From contig CAWGMK010000013.1 of assembly GCA_963823655.1 (NCBI GenBank), positions 128,001-192,000 on the forward strand: DNA of 64,000 nucleotides, read 5' to 3'. Source of the stretch: an uncultured Bacillota bacterium. GTDB lineage: Bacteria > Bacillota > DTU025 > MWDF01. Positions 47,513-57,619 of this stretch are shown here, in pieces. A model generated the notes under the pieces. The model searched no databases and had not been told where the DNA came from. It saw only the letters and a list, made by a program, of their open reading frames with translations. Numbering within the stretch: position 1 is the first letter of the stretch; each line of letters starts with the position of its first letter. Made by a program: the position numbers and the translations under genes.

Positions 47513-48709
47513 ATGGCCAGGAAGATTCTGATCGCAATTATCATTTTGGCAATCGCAATGACCGCGGCGATTGCGTATGCGGCACCGACCGACAAGGAGA
47601 AGCTGCTTGAATACTACGCGAAGAGGACGGCAAGCAGCCTGGAATACACTTACAAGATCACAGTCGACAAGGAGCCGATGAGCACAGCCCTGGTAAAGAT
47701 GAAGGGCCAGAAGATGTATATGGAAACCACCATGGAAGAGATGAAGTCGTTCATGATCAACGACGGCCTTTTCATGTATATGTGGACATCGATGTCGAAT
47801 ATCGGCCAGAAATACGACCTTAAGGAATATGAGAACCAGGGAGAGGCGAACAAGGAAGATATCGAACAGGCCGATGTGCAGGTAAAAGTGCTCGGATATG
47901 AGACCGTCAACGGTTACCAGTGCATGAAAGTAGAGATCAAAATTGAAGGGACGGTTCAGTATCACTGGGTGAGCGAAAAGTACGGACTTTCTATAAGAGT
48001 CATCATGGAAGAGATGCAGATGGACATAACTGACATCAAAGAGAAGAACATACCCGATTCTACATTCGTGCCTCCGTCCAATATCAACTTCAGCGGAAAT
48101 ATGTTCGCAGGACTTGGCCAGGCAATGCAGCAAGCAGCACAGCAATCTGCGCAGCAGGCTGCTCAAGCCGTCGATGAGGCGATTGCGCAAAACAAGCCGG
48201 TATCCAAGGGCGAGTTCTTGGCGATAATGGCGAAGCGCGGCAGCATTCCTGCCGTATACACGGAAAAGTACGACAACCTTCTCAAGACGAAGGTAAGCAT
48301 TAGCATAAAGGGCGGGAAGGAATACAGGGTAGTGGATGCCGCAATAAAGCTTTACATGATGTGCGACGGCACCGACATCTATACCTGGAACTCTATGATC
48401 AAGACGGTCAACAAGGTGAAAGCTGACGATGTGGCTCTTAAGGTGCTGTCTCCATATGACCCAACCATAATGTATGCAAAGGATTTCTCGCTGTACGAGT
48501 ACATAGGAAGAGACGAGATAAACGGGGAGCAGTGCCGCCATGCAAGGGTGTTCTACAGCGGCAAGACTTATGAGATCTGGGTCTCCGAAAGGCTCGGAAT
48601 TCTCATGAGGTTGATAGTAGGGGACGTAGACATGACCGTAAGCACGGTAATTGAACAGGATATACCGGAGACGACATTCCAGCTTCCGAGCGGATATAAA
48701 GTAAAGTAG
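47513..48709 (+). CDS. secreted protein with two tandem LolA/DUF4412-like domains
   Basis: Signal peptide ending AYA; 'G.E..NG..C...WVSE..G...R' and 'IP..TF..PS' motifs occur twice; Q/A-rich linker. Confidence 0.75.
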   Translation: MARKILIAIIILAIAMTAAIAYAAPTDKEKLLEYYAKRTASSLEYTYKITVDKEPMSTALVKMKGQKMYMETTMEEMKSFMINDGLFMYMWTSMSNIGQKYDLKEYENQGEANKEDIEQADVQVKVLGYETVNGYQCMKVEIKIEGTVQYHWVSEKYGLSIRVIMEEMQMDITDIKEKNIPDSTFVPPSNINFSGNMFAGLGQAMQQAAQQSAQQAAQAVDEAIAQNKPVSKGEFLAIMAKRGSIPAVYTEKYDNLLKTKVSISIKGGKEYRVVDAAIKLYMMCDGTDIYTWNSMIKTVNKVKADDVALKVLSPYDPTIMYAKDFSLYEYIGRDEINGEQCRHARVFYSGKTYEIWVSERLGILMRLIVGDVDMTVSTVIEQDIPETTFQLPSGYKVK

Positions 48710-48806
48710 AAGGCTACTTAACCTGCCGCCCCGAATCAGAAACGGGGCGGCAGCTTTTTAATTGCCTAAGTGCTGCGCAAGTGCAATACTGCTCGGGGTG
48801 ATGTGG

Positions 48807-49211
48807 ATGAAAATTGTGACTGCTGCGGTAATTATCGAAGAAGGAAAGCTTCTCATAGCAAGAAGGGGCGAAGGCTCCGACCAGACCGGTTTGTGGGAGC
48901 TTCCGGGAGGGCAAAGCCGAGGAGGGCGAAACACTCCAAGAATGCCTCAAGCAGGGAACTTAAGGAGGAGCTTGGGATAAATGCGAGCATAGGCGCTGAA
49001 ATCATGAGGGTGGGCATTCCCGGGCGCGAAGGAAAGATGGAGCTTGTCGCACTGAAGGCCGAAATTGAGGAAGGCAGGCCGATGGCCATCGAGCATTCGG
49101 AAATTGCTTGGATTAGCCTGCGATGAATTGGCAAGTTACAAGTTCTGCCCTGCCGACATGCTTATGCTAGCTGAGGTGGGCAAGCTTATGGAAAAGGGGG
49201 AGTGCAGGTGA
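48807..49211 (+). CDS. NUDIX hydrolase, MutT-like (frameshifted)
   Basis: WELPGG / EEGETLQECL / RELKEELG Nudix box and FCPAD end, split over frames. Confidence 0.8.
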
Positions 49212-50683
49212 AGGGATTGGCCGGAGTCTCTTGCGCAACCGCCCAGGCCGGGTACAAGAGGACCAAGATAGTCTGTACTCTTGGCCCCGCAACAGACAAT
49301 GAGGCTGTTCTTAGGCAGATGATAGTCGAAGGTCTGAATGTGGCAAGGCTGAATTTCTCGCACGGCAATCATGAGGAGCATCTCGGCAGGGCGAACATGA
49401 TTAAAAGGCTCAGAGATGAGCTCGGACTGCCCATCGCCCTTATGCTCGATACCAAAGGCCCTGAGATTAGAATCGGCACCTTCCGCGAGGGCAAGGTGCA
49501 ACTTGTCGAAGGAAGCAAGTTTACTTTCACTGCCAGGGAAATCGAAGGCGACATGAACGGCGTTTCGCTGTCGTACAAGAGCCTTCCGAAACTTGTAAAG
49601 CAGGGAGATACCATCCTTGGCGACAACGGAATGCTGGAGTTTCGTGTAGAAGCGCGACTGATACTGGATATTGAACTGTGTTGTTGTGACCGGAGGGTCA
49701 GTTCTCAAACAGGAAGGGCCTCAATGTACCCGGCGTAAGCCTCGACATGCCATACCTTTCCGAGAAGGACAAGGCAGACATAGAATTCGCGGTTAAGAAA
49801 CGGATTTGACTTCATAGCTGCCTCTTTTGCCAGAAACTCGGGTGACATCAAGGATATAAGAGGAATGCTGGAAAGCCTTGGCGCTGCGAAGATCAAGATA
49901 ATCGCCAAGATCGAGAATGCCCAGGGAGTGGAGCATATCGACGAGATCATCGAGGCGTCTGACGGGATAATGGTGGCAAGAGGCGACATGGGCGTTGAAA
50001 TCGACCTGGTAGAGCTGCCAAGGCTGCAGAAGATGCTAATAAAAAAGACCTATTTAGCCGGCAAGCACTCGATAACAGCAACCCAGATGCTGGAATCCAT
50101 GATCAACAACCCGAGGCCTACGAGGGCGGAGACGACTGATGTAGCAAATGCCGTATACGATGGTACAAGCGCCGTGATGCTGTCAGGAGAGACAGCCATA
50201 GGAAAATACCCGGTAGATAGCGTTAGGACAATGAGATGCATAGCGCAGAGAACGGAGCAGGACATCAACTACAAGAAGCGGTTCTACCAGCTTGAGGCCC
50301 TGCACGATAAGAACATATCCGATGCGATCTCGCACGCCGCATGCACTACTGCCCACGACCTGGATGCAGCTGCGATAGTAGCTGTGACATCGACAGGTTC
50401 TACGGCGAGGCAGCTTTCCAAGTACAGGCCCGCCTGCCCGATAATCGCCGTAACGGACGAGGAGTCGACCTGGAGGCAGCTTGCCCTGGCCTGGGGCGTC
50501 GCGCCAGTATTGGGAAGCAGCATGAAGGATACCGACGGGCTTTTCCTGCATGCTGAGGATATGGCGCTTGATACGGGGCTCGTGGCCGAAGGGGACCTCG
50601 TTGTGTTTACGGGCGGAATACTTGTGGGCATACCGGGGAGCACTAATACGTTAAGGGTTAAACGCGCTGAAAAGCAACTTTAA
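49208..50683 (+). CDS. pyk: pyruvate kinase (frameshifts near 49650-49800)
   Basis: [42 protein letters not shown] and ATQMLESM motifs. Confidence 0.93.
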
Positions 50684-50781
50684 GCATCTTGATAAGCGGC
50701 GATTGCCGCACTATGGTAAAATATCTAGGTAAACATTTCACCGCCGAAGGTCTACTTCATGGCGGCACGGAGGGAAGACCC

Positions 50782-51543
50782 ATGTCAGGACACTCGAAGT
50801 GGGCGAACATCAAGCATAAGAAGGAAAAGACTGACGCCGCGCGCGGCGCTGCATTCACAAAGGCGGCAAGAGAAGTAATGGTAGCGGCCAAGCAGGGCGG
50901 GGGAGACCCAAATACCAACTTCAAGCTGCGTATGGCAATAGTAGCGGCCAAAGCCGTTAACATGCCTAACGACTCCATAACCAAAGCCATAAAAAGGGTG
51001 ACCGGCGGGGACGAGGAGTTCATATACGAGGAGATCTCCTATGAAGGATACGGACCGGCAGGCACTGCCCTCATAGTCGAGTGCATGACTGAGAACCGCA
51101 ACAGGACGGCGGCCGATGTCAGGTATATGTTCTCAAGAAGCGGCGGGAATATGGGAGAGTCCGGCTCTGTGGCCTGGATGTTCGACAGGCGCGGCGTAAT
51201 CACGATCAGCAGGGCGGCATTCAAAGGCGACGAGGATAAGCTTATGGAGCTTGCGCTTGAAGCAGGAGCGATCGATATCGTGACCGACGATCCGGATGTG
51301 TATGAAGTTATCACCGAACCTACCGAACTTGATGCGGTGCGCAAGAGCCTTGAAGCCCACGGCGTAGAGTTTACCGAAGTAAGGCCGAAGATGCTGCCGA
51401 AGAATACGATGGTGATGGATATCGAAGGCGCCTCGAAGGTGCTCAGGTTCATCGATACTCTAGAGGAGCACGATGACGTTCAGAGGGTATACACGAATAT
51501 GGAGATACCTGACGACGTCATGGCAAAACTGGAGGAAATGTAA
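50782..51543 (+). CDS. yebC: YebC/PmpR family protein
   Basis: MSGHSKWANIKHKK, YEGYGP and DDVQRVY motifs. Confidence 0.95.
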   Translation: MSGHSKWANIKHKKEKTDAARGAAFTKAAREVMVAAKQGGGDPNTNFKLRMAIVAAKAVNMPNDSITKAIKRVTGGDEEFIYEEISYEGYGPAGTALIVECMTENRNRTAADVRYMFSRSGGNMGESGSVAWMFDRRGVITISRAAFKGDEDKLMELALEAGAIDIVTDDPDVYEVITEPTELDAVRKSLEAHGVEFTEVRPKMLPKNTMVMDIEGASKVLRFIDTLEEHDDVQRVYTNMEIPDDVMAKLEEM

Positions 51544-52053
51544 TTGGGCAGAGTGGTCCTTGGCGTCGACCCGGGAACGGCCCATACGGGCTACGGGGCG
51601 GTATTGGAAGAGGCAGGCAAGCTAAGCTACCTCTGCGGCGGGGTTATCAAGACCTCCCCCGATACGCCGATGCCGGACCGCCTGCTGTCGATACACAGGC
51701 AGCTTGAGAGCGTCCTGCTTGAGGTCAAGCCGGATATGGCGGCAGTCGAAACCATTTACTTCAACTCGAACCAGAAGAGCGCAGTCCAGGTGGCGCAGGC
51801 AAGAGGAGTTGCGGTAATGACCTGCCGCATGTACGGGGCCGAAGTCGTCGAACTTACGCCGCTGCAGGTCAAAATGGCGCTTTGCAATGCCGGAAGGGCC
51901 GACAAAGAGCAGGTAGAGTACATGGTAAGGCTGCTTTTAAACCTAAAGGAAGTGCCTAAAGCGCATCATACTTCTGACGCCCTGGCTATGGCAATTACCC
52001 TTTTGCACACTAACGTGGCACTTAAAAGAAGCATCATGGGGGTGAGCCGGTGA
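51544..52053 (+). CDS. ruvC: Holliday junction resolvase RuvC
   Basis: LGVDPG, QARGV, GRADKEQV and DALAMA motifs. Confidence 0.95.
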   Translation: MGRVVLGVDPGTAHTGYGAVLEEAGKLSYLCGGVIKTSPDTPMPDRLLSIHRQLESVLLEVKPDMAAVETIYFNSNQKSAVQVAQARGVAVMTCRMYGAEVVELTPLQVKMALCNAGRADKEQVEYMVRLLLNLKEVPKAHHTSDALAMAITLLHTNVALKRSIMGVSR

Positions 52054-52655
52054 TCTCCCACATTAAAGGCAGGATAGAGGAAATCGGCGTCGACCACATC
52101 GTCATAGATGTGCAAGGTGTAGGTTTTCTCATTTTCATGCCCGCAAGGGACATCGCGGAAACGGGAAGGCCGGGCGAGGAAGTGCGCATCTACACTGAAA
52201 TGGTAGTGCGAGAGGATTTCCTTGGCCTCTATGGCTTCTCAACTCAGTTCGGCCGGCAGATGTTCAACCTTCTTTGTACAGTCAACGGGATAGGCCCCCG
52301 GATAGCGATGTCCGTGCTTTCAGGCTCATCCCCGGAGAAGATCGCGATGGCGATAAGCATCGGGGACCCCAAGGGCGTAATCGCCCCTGGCGTGGGCAAG
52401 AAGCTGGCGGACAGGCTGATACTGGAGCTGAAAGGGAAAGTGGGATCGACCGGAAGCCTGGGTGAAGAGGGCTTTGAGGGTTTAGAAGCGACCGGTGAGA
52501 TATCACCTGCCCAGGATGCGCTAAAGGCTCTAATATCCCTCGGCTATACGAGGATGGAATCGGAAAGCGCTGTGAGAAAGGCCTTGAAGCAGGACCCGTC
52601 CGCAGATGCCGGCAGGATCATCAGGCTGGCACTAGGTACTTTTTCGGGCCAGTAG
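52050..52655 (+). CDS. ruvA: Holliday junction branch migration protein RuvA
   Basis: VRED..LYGF, VNGIGP, PGVGKK.A.R.ILEL and ALISLGY motifs. Confidence 0.95.
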   Translation: MISHIKGRIEEIGVDHIVIDVQGVGFLIFMPARDIAETGRPGEEVRIYTEMVVREDFLGLYGFSTQFGRQMFNLLCTVNGIGPRIAMSVLSGSSPEKIAMAISIGDPKGVIAPGVGKKLADRLILELKGKVGSTGSLGEEGFEGLEATGEISPAQDALKALISLGYTRMESESAVRKALKQDPSADAGRIIRLALGTFSGQ

Positions 52656-52682
52656 CCCTTCTTGATTGCGGAGGTAGCCCTT

Positions 52683-53718
52683 ATGCAGGACGATCGCGTC
52701 ATAGATCGCAATACCGTCCAGGATGATTCCCCGGCCGAATTCTCTCTGAGGCCAAAGCACCTCGCTGAGTTCATCGGACAGGACAGGGTTAAAGATTCCC
52801 TGAGCATCAGCATACAGGCGGCCCTAAGTAGGGGTGAAGCGCTAGATCATGCCATACTTTGCGGCCCTCCGGGCCTTGGAAAGACCACGCTTTCGATGAT
52901 CATAGCAAATGAGATGGGTACAAACCTGAGAATTACCTCCGGGCCTGCAATAGAAAGAGCCGGAGACCTTGCCGCCATACTTACGAATATCGGGCCCGGC
53001 GAGGTCCTTTTCATAGACGAGATCCACAGGCTTAACCGTGCTGTGGAGGAGATACTCTACCCTGCAATGGAGGATTTCGCCCTCGATATCATCATCGGCA
53101 AGGGCCCTTCGGCGCGCTCTATAAGGATAGACCTTCCCAGGTTCACGCTAATAGGCGCTACCACAAGGCAGGGAATGCTCTCAGGTCCGCTGCGCGACCG
53201 CTTCGGGATGGTGTACAGGCTTGAATACTATGCGCCTTCCGAGCTTGAGACGATCGTGGTAAAATCTGCCGAGCTAATGGGGGTTCCGATAGACGCAAAA
53301 GGCGCGTCGGAAATAGCCAGGCGCTCGAGGGGCACCCCGAGGATTGCAAACAGGCTCCTAAGAAGGGTTCGCGACTTTGCAGAGGTAAAGGGTACAGGGT
53401 CGATTGACAAGACAGTTGCCGCAGAGGCGCTTCTTATGATGGAAGTGGACGAAAGGGGCCTGGACAGGCTTGGATCACAGGCTTCTTGATACGATAATCC
53501 TTAAGTATGGGGGAGGCCCCGTCGGAATAGACACAATGGCAGCCGCCCTCAATGAGGAAAGGGAGACCCTAGAGGACGTTTACGAACCTTACCTGATACA
53601 AATTGGCTTCATAGACCGTACACCCAGAGGCAGGGTAGCCACAAGAGCCGCTTTCGAACACATGGGAAGGGCTTATCAGGAAAAGGCCGAGGAGGAAGGG
53701 CAGGAGAAGCTTATATGA
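52683..53718 (+). CDS. ruvB: Holliday junction helicase RuvB (frameshift near 53470)
   Basis: [17 protein letters not shown] and [11 protein letters not shown]; C-terminal GGPVG...YEPYL...RTPRGR is in the next frame. Confidence 0.95.
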
Positions 53719-54269
53719 GCAGCATCCTGGTCCATGCCTGCTGCGCCCCGTGCGCTACCGCCTCCGTAGAGAGGCTTCTTTCAGAGGGCGAAAGCCCGTT
53801 CCTGCTGTTCAAAAACCCTAACATACATCCATATATGGAATTCAAGGCGAGGCTCGAAGCATTCGGCGAATACCTTAGGCAGCATGGCCTGCCCGGTGAG
53901 GTCGACGCCACCTACGGGCTTGATGCGTTCATGAACGGCGCCCCGGATTTCGCAAGGCCCCTCAGGTGCGCATTCTGCTACGAAATCAGGATGGAAGCCG
54001 CAGCGGAGGCCGCGAAGAGGCTTGGGATATCGAGGTTCACTACCACTTTAACGATAAGCCCATACCAGGACCATGAGGCAATAAAAGCTGCAGGCGCGAA
54101 GGCAGCTGCAAAACACGGCGTCGAGTTCGTGTACTACGACTTCAGGCCTCTTTACCGAAAGAGCCGGACTATGGCAAGAGAGGCCGGCTACTATATGCAG
54201 AAGTATTGCGGCTGCGTGTTCTCGGAGGCCGAAAGGTACGAGCCGGCAAAGGGCGGGGCAAGTAGATGA
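53715..54269 (+). CDS. queH: epoxyqueuosine reductase QueH (DUF208)
   Basis: HACCAPC, NPNIHP, RC..CY..R and QKYCGCVFS motifs. Confidence 0.9.
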   Translation: MSSILVHACCAPCATASVERLLSEGESPFLLFKNPNIHPYMEFKARLEAFGEYLRQHGLPGEVDATYGLDAFMNGAPDFARPLRCAFCYEIRMEAAAEAAKRLGISRFTTTLTISPYQDHEAIKAAGAKAAAKHGVEFVYYDFRPLYRKSRTMAREAGYYMQKYCGCVFSEAERYEPAKGGASR

Positions 54270-55021
54270 GCCCGCAAAAGGCCAGGGCCATAGTCCTCAG
54301 GTCAAGGCAGTTCGGAGAGGCAGACCGTATTCTTACGCTTATCAGCGCGGAAGATGGCGTATTCGACGCAAAGGTGAAGGGGGCAAGGAAACCCAAGAGC
54401 AAGTTGGGGCCCGCCTGCCAGCAATTCTCGACGGTAGACCTGTCACTTTTCTGCGGAAAAAGCATTGATACCGTTACTGAAGCCTCTCTGATCAAATCAT
54501 CAGAGAAAATCGAATCCGATATTATCAGGCTCTCTTACGCCAACCTGGCCGCTGAGATCACACTTAAGATGTCGGTCGAAAGGCAGCCTGACAAGCGAGC
54601 CTACTCCTTGATTGACGGTGCGTTAGATGCATTAAGAGCAGGTGTGCACCCATCAATTGCTGCTTGTGCATTCATGATTAAGAGGCTCTTCATCGACGGT
54701 GTGATGCCGCAGATATCATCCTGCTCAGTTTGCAGGTCCAAAGATGATCTCCATTGGTTCTCGCCCGAGACCGGAGGCAGCCTCTGCCCCGCCTGCGCAG
54801 CGAATGCGCCGGCTGTTCAAAGGTTCGAGAAGGAGTCCAGATCACTTGCGCTTGAGCTTTACAAGAGCACTTGGGAGGAAGTTGCTGCGATTTCATATGA
54901 CGAACTTGCGGCGGACGACTTGGAATCCGCGCTTGCCGCGTTCTTCTCCTACAGAGGGGACATCAGGCTGAGGAGCCTTGAGACTTTAAACCTGCTTAAG
55001 GACGCAAAGACAGGGAGGTAA
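54266..55021 (+). CDS. recO: DNA repair protein RecO
   Basis: GEADRILTL and KGARKPKSKL motifs; CSVC...CPAC zinc finger. Confidence 0.92.
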   Translation: MSPQKARAIVLRSRQFGEADRILTLISAEDGVFDAKVKGARKPKSKLGPACQQFSTVDLSLFCGKSIDTVTEASLIKSSEKIESDIIRLSYANLAAEITLKMSVERQPDKRAYSLIDGALDALRAGVHPSIAACAFMIKRLFIDGVMPQISSCSVCRSKDDLHWFSPETGGSLCPACAANAPAVQRFEKESRSLALELYKSTWEEVAAISYDELAADDLESALAAFFSYRGDIRLRSLETLNLLKDAKTGR

Positions 55022-55026
55022 GAAGC

Positions 55027-55821
55027 ATGAGGCTTGTGAAATTCGAACATAGGGGCGCAATAAGGTGGGGTGTCGTGGAAGAGGGCATAATCAGGGCTGT
55101 CCAGGGCCAGATTATGACTGGGCTTGACATTACCGATGAGCAGTTCCCGGTTGAAGAAGTGAGATTCCTTGCTCCCGCCCATGAGACCTGCGGGAAGTTG
55201 ATATGCATTGGGCTGAACTACCGCTCTCATATAGATAAGGCAGCGGCCAGCGGCTGGCAGGTACAGGAGAACGATGAGCCGATGCTCTTCATGGTCCCGA
55301 GGACTGCGCTTTGCGGGCAGGGGGATACTATAAAGATCGCAAGGCCGGGCAACCCAACGCAGTTCGAGGCCGAGCTAGTAATCGTGATCGGCAGGAGGGC
55401 GAAGGATGTGCCCGAAGAGGATGCGCACAGATACATCCTCGGCTATACATGCGGGAACGATATATCTGACCGGACTTTGCAGAAGAAGGACGGCCAATGG
55501 ACAAGGGCCAAGGCCTTCGCCACATATAAGCCGATGGGACCATGGATAGAAACCCAAAGGCCGGAAGATGGGGCTATGATCAGGCTTAGGAAGAACGGCC
55601 AGTTAAGGCAGGAAGCGGCTCTCGCCGATATGATAGCATCGCCTGATCGCCTCGTTAGCTTTATCTCCCATCAGTTCATACTTGAACCCGGGGACCTGAT
55701 TTTCACAGGGACTCCTGACGGCGTGGGATCAATTAAGCCGGGTGATGAAATAGAAGTCGAAATTGACGGCATTGGCAAGCTTAAGCAACACTGTAGCCGA
55801 ATAAGGGCCGATGTCCGTTGA
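55027..55821 (+). CDS. fumarylacetoacetate hydrolase family protein
   Basis: IGLNY, EAELVIVIG, GYTCGNDIS and PGDLIFTGTP motifs. Confidence 0.92.
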   Translation: MRLVKFEHRGAIRWGVVEEGIIRAVQGQIMTGLDITDEQFPVEEVRFLAPAHETCGKLICIGLNYRSHIDKAAASGWQVQENDEPMLFMVPRTALCGQGDTIKIARPGNPTQFEAELVIVIGRRAKDVPEEDAHRYILGYTCGNDISDRTLQKKDGQWTRAKAFATYKPMGPWIETQRPEDGAMIRLRKNGQLRQEAALADMIASPDRLVSFISHQFILEPGDLIFTGTPDGVGSIKPGDEIEVEIDGIGKLKQHCSRIRADVR

Positions 55822-55864
55822 CATTGCGGGCATTTTGCGAATACTCTACTTATATACGAATATC

Positions 55865-56065
55865 TCCGATGAAGGGATGAAAGCGCGTAGCTGGCAATAA
55901 GAGAGCCGGGGTAGGTGGGATCCGGTTTGCACTTTAGCGGCGCAGGGCGGCCCTGAGGCAGTCTTCAAGAAAGAGGGCGGGGAGAATTTCTGACCCCGTC
56001 AATCAGGGTGGAACCGCGGAAAGCTTCGGCCTTCCGTCCCTGAGCGGGGCGGAAGGCTATTTTTA
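55865..56065 (+). promoter_or_regulatory. T-box riboswitch (Gly)
   Basis: AGAGA and GGTGGGA stem-I motifs; GGC specifier near 55946; T-box AATCAGGGTGGAACCGCG at 56001-56018; terminator GCCTTCCGTCC/GGGCGGAAGGC with T-tract; TTGACA at 55818. Confidence 0.9.
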
Positions 56066-56094
56066 CGCACTTTTCAGTGTAAAGGAGCAAACCG

Positions 56095-56716
56095 ATGGGA
56101 AAGGCTGGGCCCAATCTAATATCGATGACGGCAGGCGCATTGAATTCGATCACCCGCTATCTCATTTTCATGGTCTTCCTGTCGGCAACCGCCTCTGTCC
56201 TGGGCTATATGCGATCGGCGGGTGACTTCGGCAATATCGGGGTAATGATAAAAGGTGTCGAAGACCTGGCTGTAAGCCTTCGCTCCATGCCGTTGCTCGA
56301 ACAGTGGCTTTCGGTCTTCATTCACAATATGAGGGTCGTCATAATAGTTATAGGCATGTCATGGTTTCCGATCATACCTGTGATGACGGTAGCGCTCATG
56401 AATTCGATAATGCTGGGAGCTATGCTTAAAGCAACCGCCGAAGCCACCGGTATTGCGCCTATTACAGTGCTTGTTGGATTGATGCCCCACGGCATCTTCG
56501 AGCTGGCAGCATTCTTCATAGGAGCTGCGATAAGCCTGAGGATTGGGATGCTGCTGCCGCTATGGGTAACCAAAGGCAGTGGACGGGTCCAAGATAAAGA
56601 AGGCTGGATATGATGCCTTGCTCCTGTTCTTCACGGTAATAGTTCCATTGATGCTTGTGGCATCTTTCATAGAAGTGACATTTTCGGCTTGGCTTGCGGA
56701 AGTACTTGCAAGGTAG
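56095..56716 (+). CDS. SpoIIM/DUF95-family membrane protein (frameshift near 56575)
   Basis: FIHN, N..MLG and PHGIFEL motifs; the alternative frame supplies PLMLVASFIE and a stop at 56716. Confidence 0.8.
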
Positions 56717-56740
56717 CCGCAACGGTAGGAGGAAAACGAA

Positions 56741-57619
56741 TTGAACTTACAGGAGCTGATTTTCAAACTGGAGACTTACTGGGCCTCAAAGGGCTGCATG
56801 ATAATCCAGCCTTACGTGCTTGAGGTAGGTGCGGGGACAATGAGCCCACACACTTTCCTGCGCGTCCTGGGCCCTGAGCCCTGGAACGCGGCATATGTTC
56901 AGCCTTCAAGAAGGCCGGCGGACGGGCGGTATGGGGAGAATCCTAACAGGTTGTTTCAGCATCACCAGTACCAGGTGGTCTTGAAGCCCAGTCCTGATGG
57001 AGTGCAGGAGATGTATCTTGATAGCCTGAAAGCGATTGGATTCGATCCTGCCGAGCATGATATCAGATTTGTAGAGGACAATTGGGAGGCGCCAACCCTT
57101 GGCGCATGGGGAACCGGCTGGGAAGTTTGGCTAGACGGCATGGAGATAACCCAGTTCACATACTTCCAGCAGGTGGGCGGTTTGGATACGAAACCCGTCC
57201 CTGCAGAGATTACATACGGCCTTGAGCGTATCGCGATGTATGTGCAGGGCGTCGACAATGTGTATGAGCTGGAATGGGCCCCCGGAATCAAGTACGGAGA
57301 GGTCTATAAAGCGGCGGAGTTCGAGTACTCAAAGTTCGCTTTCGAGGCTGCCGATACAGAGCACCTGAAGGCCGATTTCGAGGCGAATGAGGTTCAGGCC
57401 AGGAGGCTTCTGGATATGGGGCTCGTGCAGCCCGGATATGATCACGTGCTCAAGTGTTCACACAGCTTCAACCTTATGGACGCAAGGGGCGCGTTCGGAG
57501 CATCACAGCGCGCAGCCTATATGGGAAGGGTAAGGAATTTGGCGAAGAAGGCTGCGTCGGCGTGGCTTAAGAAGCGCGAGGAGCTTGGCTTCCCGCTCCT
57601 GAACGGAGGTGCGAAGTAA
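56741..57619 (+). CDS. glyQ: glycine-tRNA ligase alpha subunit
   Basis: [29 protein letters not shown] and EITYGLER motifs. Confidence 0.98.
   Translation: MNLQELIFKLETYWASKGCMIIQPYVLEVGAGTMSPHTFLRVLGPEPWNAAYVQPSRRPADGRYGENPNRLFQHHQYQVVLKPSPDGVQEMYLDSLKAIGFDPAEHDIRFVEDNWEAPTLGAWGTGWEVWLDGMEITQFTYFQQVGGLDTKPVPAEITYGLERIAMYVQGVDNVYELEWAPGIKYGEVYKAAEFEYSKFAFEAADTEHLKADFEANEVQARRLLDMGLVQPGYDHVLKCSHSFNLMDARGAFGASQRAAYMGRVRNLAKKAASAWLKKREELGFPLLNGGAK

Noticed and set aside
47489-48541. 350-aa antisense ORF over the LolA-fold gene
   Set aside because: The sense gene has an RBS, signal peptide and internal repeat; the antisense translation is a typical stop-poor shadow.
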